Below are positions 57,594 to 64,000 of a DNA stretch of 64,000 nucleotides, piece after piece; position 1 is the stretch's first letter; each line of letters starts with the position of its first letter. Source of the DNA: Bradymonadia bacterium. Its GTDB lineage: Bacteria > Myxococcota_A > Bradymonadia > UBA7976 > UBA1532. The notes beneath the pieces were generated by a model. That model was not told the DNA's origin, did not search any database, and worked only from the letters and a program-made list of their open reading frames with translations. The stretch spans positions 32,001 to 96,000 of the forward strand of contig JBKAGE010000034.1 in assembly GCA_046290225.1 (NCBI GenBank). The letters run 5' to 3'. The position numbers and the translations under genes were made by a program.

Positions 57594-60006
57594 TCACACC
57601 CCCAGCCACCTCGACATCCTGCCGCTGAGCACCACCGACGCCCGTGGACTCGACCCCCGGCACGTGGGCGGCAAAGGCGCGGGGCTGATCCGGCTCGTGG
57701 TCGCGGGCCTCCCAGTGCCGCCTGGGTTCGTGTTGTCCGCGACCATGTATCGCCAATGGCGCGAGCACCCCGATGGGCTCGCCTCTCACCACGAGGCCAT
57801 CATCGAGCACGCCCGTGCCCTTGGCGGCCTCGTCTCAGTGCGCTCCTCGGCGAGCACGGAAGATCTCGGCGGGGGGGCCTGCGCAGGCCAGCACGAGACC
57901 TTCCTCGGCCTGCGGCCCGAGCAGGTGCCTGAGGCCATCGCGAAGTGCTATGCCTCGCTGACGTCGAGCCGCGCCACACGCTACCGGGATCGCATGGGCA
58001 TCGACGAAGACGCCACGGAGATGGCGGTGGTGGTGCAAAGGATGGTCCCCGCGGCCTCTGCGGGGGTGGCATTCACTGTCGACCCGGTCTCCGGTGATCC
58101 GAACGTTCTGGTGGTGGAGTCAGCCTTTGGCCTCGGTGAGTCTGTCGTGGCAGGCGTCGAGGCCACCGACACCTGGAGGCTGAATCGACGGTCACTCGAC
58201 ATCGAGGCGCACACTGAGGGCGCACAGGGCACGCGGCTCCTCTGTGGTGATGACGGCGTAGAATCCCACCCCGCCCCGAGCGGCCCCTCGCTCACCGAAG
58301 ACCAGGTCCGAGGCGTCGCCGCATTGGCCCGCGCCGTGGAGGCCGGAGCCGGTGTGCCTCAGGACGTGGAGTGGGCCCTCGACGAGACCGGCGAGCTGTT
58401 TCTGTTGCAGGCCCGCCCCGTGACGGCCCTCCCCCCGCGCTGGACCCGAGACGAATCCGCAGAGCGGTTCCCGGGAGTGATGAGCCCCCTGGGCTGGGAC
58501 TTCTCCGAAGGCGGATTCCACACCTCGCTGAAGGCCTCCCTGGAGCTCATGGGCCTGCCAGCCTTCGATGGTAAGTGGTTTGGGCGCTTCGGCCACTTCA
58601 TCTACGGCAACGAGACTGCGGTGAAGCTCTACCTGACCGATCGCGCCGAGGGCACCGAGCTCGACCCGTTCGCCTCGATCCATGCCTTCGGCGAGCGCTT
58701 CGGCCAGTGGCGCGCGCGCCACGCCTGGATGCCGAGACTGCTGACACAGTGGGACAGCCACTTGAGCACCTTCATCTTCCAGTTGGGGCGACTGGACGCC
58801 CAAGCAGCGCCGGAGACCGTAGCCGAGGCCTGGCAACGCCTGCTCGATCTGGAGGCCATCGGCACGCGGTACTTCCTGCCGAACATCGCCATCTCCATCG
58901 GACATGGCATCACCTGGAGGGCGCTGCACCGAGCACTCACCTTGTTCTGCGGAGAAGAAGAGGCCCACGCCCTCGCCGCGGCGCTCACCGCGGACGACAC
59001 GATCGCCACCAAGACGGTCCAGCGCGATCTCGCTCAGTTCGCTGCGACGATCGTCCGGTGTGGTGTCGATCCGTCCACCCTCGCTGGAGACGATCTCGCC
59101 GCGCGATGGGACGCCCTGCTCGACACCGACGAGGTCATCTCAGAGGCCGCAGCGAGCTTTCTGGAGCGTCATGGCCACTGCACCCTCGACCCCGACGCGA
59201 TGATCCCGTGCTGGGCCGCAGCGCCGGGCCAGCTGTTGGGTTTGCTCGAATCAATGCTCGCCGCCCGGGGCGCCGCCCCCGCACGAGACGCTGCAGAGGC
59301 TAGATTTGCGGCCGAGAGTACTGTGAGGGACATCGCCGGGGAGCACGCCTCGGCGGTGTTGCATCTCGCGGCCCTGGCCCGAGGCTTCCAGCGACTCGAC
59401 GACGTGGAGCACTATCAGACCACCCGCCTGCACGCGGCCTTCCGGCCTCTGGCGCTCAACCTCGGCGACCACCTGGTCAAAGCGGGCGCGCTGGATTGTG
59501 CGGGGGATGTCTTCTTCGCTCACAAGGCCACCCTCGAGGATCTGATCTCCGGCGAGTCGAGCGCCCGTCAGGGTGGCCTCGCCGCAGAGGTGGCCGAGAA
59601 CAAACGCGGGATGGCCGAGGCGAGGCAACATGAGGCGCCCTGGTCCCTCGACGAGGAAGACAACACCTCGATCGCCCTCGACGCAGAGGGCACGCTCCGA
59701 GGACAACCCGGTGCAGCAGGTACAGTGACCGCCCCCGTGTGCATCATCGAAGGTCCCGAGGATTTTCACCGCTTCGTGCCCGGCAGCATCCTCGTGGCCC
59801 GGACCACCCACCCCACGTGGACGCCGCTCTTCTACTCAGCGGCCGGAGTCATCACCGAGTCTGGAGGCCCCCTGTCTCACGGCGCAGTCACCGCCCGCGA
59901 GTTGGGCTTGCCTGCGGTGATGGGGGTGCGTGGGGTGATGACCGAGCTGGTCGACGGTCAGCAGGTGACGCTGAATGGTGGTGAGGGTTGGGTCACGGAC
60001 GCATGA
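57571..60006 (+). CDS. PEP-synthase/rifampin-phosphotransferase-like dikinase (ATP-grasp, central domain, His swivel)
   Basis: VGGKG, VRSSASTED, AGQHET, VVVQRMV, GLGESVV, DVEW, LQARP; C-terminal GGPLSHGAVTARELGLPAV. Confidence 0.88.
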   Translation: MFASPLVDHTPSHLDILPLSTTDARGLDPRHVGGKGAGLIRLVVAGLPVPPGFVLSATMYRQWREHPDGLASHHEAIIEHARALGGLVSVRSSASTEDLGGGACAGQHETFLGLRPEQVPEAIAKCYASLTSSRATRYRDRMGIDEDATEMAVVVQRMVPAASAGVAFTVDPVSGDPNVLVVESAFGLGESVVAGVEATDTWRLNRRSLDIEAHTEGAQGTRLLCGDDGVESHPAPSGPSLTEDQVRGVAALARAVEAGAGVPQDVEWALDETGELFLLQARPVTALPPRWTRDESAERFPGVMSPLGWDFSEGGFHTSLKASLELMGLPAFDGKWFGRFGHFIYGNETAVKLYLTDRAEGTELDPFASIHAFGERFGQWRARHAWMPRLLTQWDSHLSTFIFQLGRLDAQAAPETVAEAWQRLLDLEAIGTRYFLPNIAISIGHGITWRALHRALTLFCGEEEAHALAAALTADDTIATKTVQRDLAQFAATIVRCGVDPSTLAGDDLAARWDALLDTDEVISEAAASFLERHGHCTLDPDAMIPCWAAAPGQLLGLLESMLAARGAAPARDAAEARFAAESTVRDIAGEHASAVLHLAALARGFQRLDDVEHYQTTRLHAAFRPLALNLGDHLVKAGALDCAGDVFFAHKATLEDLISGESSARQGGLAAEVAENKRGMAEARQHEAPWSLDEEDNTSIALDAEGTLRGQPGAAGTVTAPVCIIEGPEDFHRFVPGSILVARTTHPTWTPLFYSAAGVITESGGPLSHGAVTARELGLPAVMGVRGVMTELVDGQQVTLNGGEGWVTDA

Positions 60007-60062
60007 GGTCTACATAAGGGGTACTCCCACTGATCACCGGGCCCAGCGACACAGGAGCTCTG

Positions 60063-60929
60063 ATGGACCTGACCGAGTACCTAACAGATGAGGGCGACGT
60101 CCCTCCTCCATGGACCCGGTTCCCTGAATACTATCGGGGTTGTCTGGGCTGGCGGATGGGCTCTGGAGAAGAGTGGATGTGGGCTTTCCAAGACTTTCTT
60201 AACCACCTACCCACAGACGAAGGCACGCGGCGAGCCTATCTCAAACGCCATCCTCCGGCGCCGATGAGTTGGGCCGACGTGGTCTGGTCGACCCTGTTCC
60301 CGGATTCGGAGGCCCTCATTCAGTCATCCGACCACCAGGGCGTGCCTCGCAACACACGACGACGCAAACGCGTCGCTCGACAGATCCGACACCTGCGACA
60401 GTCGGGTCTGATCGCCAGCGACATCGCCTTTCGCACGTGGCTCGAGCTCAACCCGCACGCCGAGGACACTTCACGCTGGATGCTCAAGGATATGCCTTGG
60501 ACTGCCGCTCGACATCAAACCCGCAGTCTCTGGTTCTGGTCCAGGGCGCTTCATGGGCCATGGTCTGAAAGGCGCCCTGATCCCGCCCACGCGTCCAATG
60601 ACTGGCAGGGGTTCCTCTCTGCCCTCCGAGCAAACCCACCCCAGTGGCATCCGGAGTCAGGCCTCAAAACCCTCGCGCTCATGATCGCCACTGGCAATGT
60701 GCTCCCCCCCTGGGCGCTCGATTGCGAGCTCACAGCGTTTCGAGACACCTGGGAGCAAGATATGGGCTATGTCGACGCGTGGAGGCTGTGGGGATACACC
60801 GTGGTCGACGATCTGGACCAGCTGCGTGACCTCTCGTGCCTGGATGAGGCGCCCGATGAAGGATGGAGGACCTTCATTCGGACTCAGTTCACCCCCCCGT
60901 CACTGCAGTTGATTCATGGAATCGTTTGA
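60063..60929 (+). CDS. Trp-rich hypothetical protein with PPW...WRMGxGE motif
   Basis: AGGAG RBS; PPPWTRFP...GWRMGSGE...AYLKRHPPAP..W, and a second LPPW...MGY..AW unit. Confidence 0.7.
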   Translation: MDLTEYLTDEGDVPPPWTRFPEYYRGCLGWRMGSGEEWMWAFQDFLNHLPTDEGTRRAYLKRHPPAPMSWADVVWSTLFPDSEALIQSSDHQGVPRNTRRRKRVARQIRHLRQSGLIASDIAFRTWLELNPHAEDTSRWMLKDMPWTAARHQTRSLWFWSRALHGPWSERRPDPAHASNDWQGFLSALRANPPQWHPESGLKTLALMIATGNVLPPWALDCELTAFRDTWEQDMGYVDAWRLWGYTVVDDLDQLRDLSCLDEAPDEGWRTFIRTQFTPPSLQLIHGIV

Positions 60930-60936
60930 AGGCTCG

Positions 60937-62256
60937 TCAGAGGATGTTCGACGCCAGCTCCGCCAGCTCTGAGCGCTCGCCCTTGGTCAAGGTGACCGTG
61001 CCGGCGAGCTTCTGATCTTTGAAGCGGTTCACGAGGTGGATCAGGCCGTTGGTGTTGGCGTCCACGTAGGGGTTGTCGATCTGGTAGGGGTCGCCGGTGA
61101 ACACCACCTTGGTGCCGTGGCCCGAGCGAGTGAGGATCGTCTTCACCTCGTGGGGCGTGAGGTTCTGGGCCTCATCTACGATCATGTACTGCTGCGGGAT
61201 CGAGCGCCCGCGGATGTAGGTCAGCGGTTCGATTTCGAGGATCCCCATGTCGATGAGCTCTTCGGGGCCGCGGCCTTCCTTTACATCTCGGGAGGTGAGG
61301 CCCATGAGCAGCTCGACGTTGTCGAAGATGGGCTTCATCCAGGGGTTGAGCTTCTCTTCCAGGGTGCCCGGCAGGTAGCCGATGTCACGGCCCAGAGGGA
61401 AGATCGGCCGGCTCACCAGCACCCGCTGGTAGTGATCCACCTCAGTGACCTGATGCAGGCCCGCGGCGATGGCCAGCAGGGTCTTGCCGGTGCCCGCCTT
61501 GCCCACGATGGTCACCAGCTTGATCTTGTCGTCGAGCAGCAGATCGAGGGCGAACTGCTGCTCGCGGTTCCGGGGCTTGATGCCCCAGATCGGATCCTTC
61601 TTGCCCGAGAGCGTGCGGACCATGGCCCGCTCCTGGTCGTATCGAGCCAGGGCGGTGTGGTTGGGCCGGCTCTCGTTCACCAGCGTCACGTACTCGTTGG
61701 GGTGCAGCTCCGCCTCGGCCATCACCAGGCGGCCCTGGAAGGCCATCTCGAGCTGCTCCGGGCTCACCATCAGCTCCCGGTGACCCTGGTAGAGCTCGGT
61801 GATGTCCCGCTTCTCCGGATCGTAGTCCACGGCCTTGATGCCCAGAGCATCTGCCCGGACCCGCAGGTTCGTATCCTTGGTCACCAGGATGACCTGGTGA
61901 TCGTCTTCGGAGTTCTGCTGAATTTCCCAGGCGCACGACAAGATCAGGCTGTCGATCTGGTTGCGCTTGCCCAGGAAGCGGTCCTCGTGCTGCTGCGGGT
62001 GCTCCACAGACATGATCCGCAGCTCGCCGCCGCTCTCGAGGTCGATGCCCCCCTTGAGGCTGCCCTGCTCGCGCAGCTTGTCGAGCAGACGAGAGAACTC
62101 GCGGGCGTTGCGGCCCAGCTCGGAGACGTCTCGCTTGAACTGATCGACTTCTTCGACGGCGTAGATGGGCACCACCACGCGGTTGTCTTGGAAGTTGAAG
62201 AGCGCGCGGGGCTCGTGGAGCATGACGTTGGTGTCGAGGACGAACGTTTTCTTCAT
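60937..62256 (-). CDS. PIN + PhoH ATPase (PhoH2/YlaK-like)
   Basis: FVLDTNV (PIN), LVTKDTNLR, GKAGTGKT, YIRGRS, DEAQN, GDPYQID. Confidence 0.92.
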   Translation of the reverse strand: MKKTFVLDTNVMLHEPRALFNFQDNRVVVPIYAVEEVDQFKRDVSELGRNAREFSRLLDKLREQGSLKGGIDLESGGELRIMSVEHPQQHEDRFLGKRNQIDSLILSCAWEIQQNSEDDHQVILVTKDTNLRVRADALGIKAVDYDPEKRDITELYQGHRELMVSPEQLEMAFQGRLVMAEAELHPNEYVTLVNESRPNHTALARYDQERAMVRTLSGKKDPIWGIKPRNREQQFALDLLLDDKIKLVTIVGKAGTGKTLLAIAAGLHQVTEVDHYQRVLVSRPIFPLGRDIGYLPGTLEEKLNPWMKPIFDNVELLMGLTSRDVKEGRGPEELIDMGILEIEPLTYIRGRSIPQQYMIVDEAQNLTPHEVKTILTRSGHGTKVVFTGDPYQIDNPYVDANTNGLIHLVNRFKDQKLAGTVTLTKGERSELAELASNIL

Positions 62257-62270
62257 GAACACTCCCGGGC

Positions 62271-63983
62271 TCAGGCCCGTGTCTCGGCGACCGACGCCTC
62301 CCCTTGCTGCAGGGTGAGAGCGGACACCGCGCGGTTCCTGCCGCTGTGCTTCGCGTGGTACAGGGCCTCGTCGGCCCTGGCGATGAGATCAGCCTTCTCC
62401 ACCCCGCTGGCGGGATAGGCGGCGACCCCTAGAGACAAGGTGACTTTCACCGGCTTGCCTTCGAAGTCGAAGGTGAGGGACTCCACCTCCTGGCGGATGC
62501 GCTCCGCGAGGAGCATGCCGCCCTCGGCTCCGGTGTCTTCGAGCAGCAGCGCGAACTCCTCACCACCATAGCGGGCGGCGAGATCGACTTTGCGTACCGC
62601 TCTGCCGAGCACCTTGGCCACGCCCTTGAGCACAACGTCTCCAAAGGGGTGGCCATAGGTGTCGTTCACGCTCTTGAAACGATCGATGTCAGTGAGGAGC
62701 ACGCACACGGGGTGCCCCCCACGGACCGATCGCGCGAGCATGTTGTCGAAGGCCTGCTGGAACACCCGGTGGTTGGCGAGCCCCGTGAGACCATCGAGGG
62801 TGGCCATCTCCCGGATCTGCTCGTGGGCCTGGGCGAGATCGAGCTTGATGGCCACCTGATCGGCCACCAGCTCCACCATGTCCCGGCGGCGGCCGTCATA
62901 GGCCCCTTCGTCGGTGGCCCCCACCACGAGGGCGCCGAGGGGCGGCTGCCCGGGGGCGGCCCCCTTCTTGATGAGAGGCACCACCATGAGGGCCTTGAGG
63001 GCAGACAGCTGATCATCGGCGGTGAAGATGGGCTGATGACCTCGCCAGGGGCCCTCAGCAGGCAACACTGCCCGTGTGGAGATCGCCTGGCCCACCAGGC
63101 CCTCGTCGGATGTGAACGCCAGCCCGGTGATGCTGTCGGCGTCGAGGCCCCGCACCATGGCCACCTTGTGCAGCTCTCCGCTGGTGGTGACGATGGCGCC
63201 AAAATCGAAGGGCACCAGGGCAGCTACGGCGTCGAGGGCTGCGCCAGCGACCTCTTCGAGGCCCAGGACCCCGTTGAGCGCTCTGAGACCAGCACAGAAA
63301 CGGTTGATGTCCCGCCGGCCCCGATCGGTATCGGTGAGCGTACGCCCAGTCTCTACGTCGAGGGCGATCTTACGGGCCGTGAGCCGCAGAATCTGCCGCT
63401 CCACCTCGGACCAGGGTCGCGGATCAGCCCGATCGACACACAGCACCCCCAGAGGCATGGCCTCGCTGGGCGAGCCCGGCTCGGGGTTGAGCAGCGCGAT
63501 GGCAAAGAAAGCCCCCACCCCGGCGCCGTCACGATAGTACGGCGGAGCGCCTCGGCCATTGGCAGAAGTCACCGCGAGCTCCGACGTCTCCCGGAACACC
63601 GCAGCGATGGGCCCTCGATCCATGGAGAACGGGCCGTCGAGGAGATCATTGCGGGCCGTGGAGCACCCACGCACCTTGAGCACGTGCCCCTCTGCCCCAC
63701 GCCACAGCACGGTGGCCGTCATCAGCCCCAGAGTCTGCCGCAGCAAATCGAGGTGGATGGCGAAGGAGGTCTCGAGGAAGTCGAGCGTGATCCGCCCCAT
63801 GGTGGGCGTCGCCTCGAGCTTGCTCAAGGCGGGCAGGGTCCGAATCGGAGCAGCCTGGGCCGTAAGCAGACCGAAGTCGCCGGCGGCGGAGTCTACATCT
63901 GAGTCGAAAGGCACTTCAGTGGCCAGCGCCACAGGATCTGGACCGGTGATGACCGGAGAGCCCGCGGTCCCGTGGGGCGACAT
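62271..63983 (-). CDS. GAF-GAF-GGDEF diguanylate cyclase; may start beyond the window
   Basis: DGLTGLANH, DIDRFKSVNDTYGH, I-site RKVD, RYGGEEF. The frame stays open from 63983 to the window edge. Confidence 0.9.
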   Translation of the reverse strand: MSPHGTAGSPVITGPDPVALATEVPFDSDVDSAAGDFGLLTAQAAPIRTLPALSKLEATPTMGRITLDFLETSFAIHLDLLRQTLGLMTATVLWRGAEGHVLKVRGCSTARNDLLDGPFSMDRGPIAAVFRETSELAVTSANGRGAPPYYRDGAGVGAFFAIALLNPEPGSPSEAMPLGVLCVDRADPRPWSEVERQILRLTARKIALDVETGRTLTDTDRGRRDINRFCAGLRALNGVLGLEEVAGAALDAVAALVPFDFGAIVTTSGELHKVAMVRGLDADSITGLAFTSDEGLVGQAISTRAVLPAEGPWRGHQPIFTADDQLSALKALMVVPLIKKGAAPGQPPLGALVVGATDEGAYDGRRRDMVELVADQVAIKLDLAQAHEQIREMATLDGLTGLANHRVFQQAFDNMLARSVRGGHPVCVLLTDIDRFKSVNDTYGHPFGDVVLKGVAKVLGRAVRKVDLAARYGGEEFALLLEDTGAEGGMLLAERIRQEVESLTFDFEGKPVKVTLSLGVAAYPASGVEKADLIARADEALYHAKHSGRNRAVSALTLQQGEASVAETRA

Positions 63984-64000
63984 GGTTCGAACGCCCTGGC

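Noticed and set aside
57571..60006. Calling this ppsA or a rifampin-resistance gene rph
   Set aside because: Domain order excludes canonical PpsA. Substrate specificity lies in the central domain, which I cannot assign by eye.

Overview
GC-rich bacterial chromosomal window whose gene content (MYXO-CTERM-like tails, Cys-rich lipoproteins, an AgmX/PglI-like protein, Ser/Thr kinases, a Myxococcus-type SOS box) points to Myxococcota or a related deltaproteobacterial lineage (inference). A housekeeping core (tRNA-Val, rpmI, rplT, pheS, pheT, ihfA, merR, tRNA-Pro, surE, DUF368, LysM/M23, apt, tRNA-Arg; ndk, rlmN, mtnP, pfkB; mpl; uvrA; pfkA) is surrounded by accessory genes. I saw no CRISPR array, integrase, transposase or rRNA. 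The most promising poorly understood systems are: (1) a putative sigma54-driven two-gene unit encoding an Aur1/IPC-synthase-like phosphotransferase fused to a PlsC-type acyltransferase, plus a dikinase with rifampin-phosphotransferase domain order (55.6-60.0 kb), possibly an undescribed lipid pathway; (2) a DUF2760 (GrpE-like) + two atypical Hsp70 module (7.5-12.9 kb); (3) three surface-sorted matrixin proteases with a candidate trans-acting pro-domain or inhibitor, flanked by a Cys-repeat lipoprotein and a PA14 lipoprotein (46.5-54.3 kb); (4) a ~140-nt nested inverted-repeat element next to an SOS box upstream of uvrA. All family calls come from motifs recognised by eye. No database searches or folding calculations were run, and several start codons are estimates.
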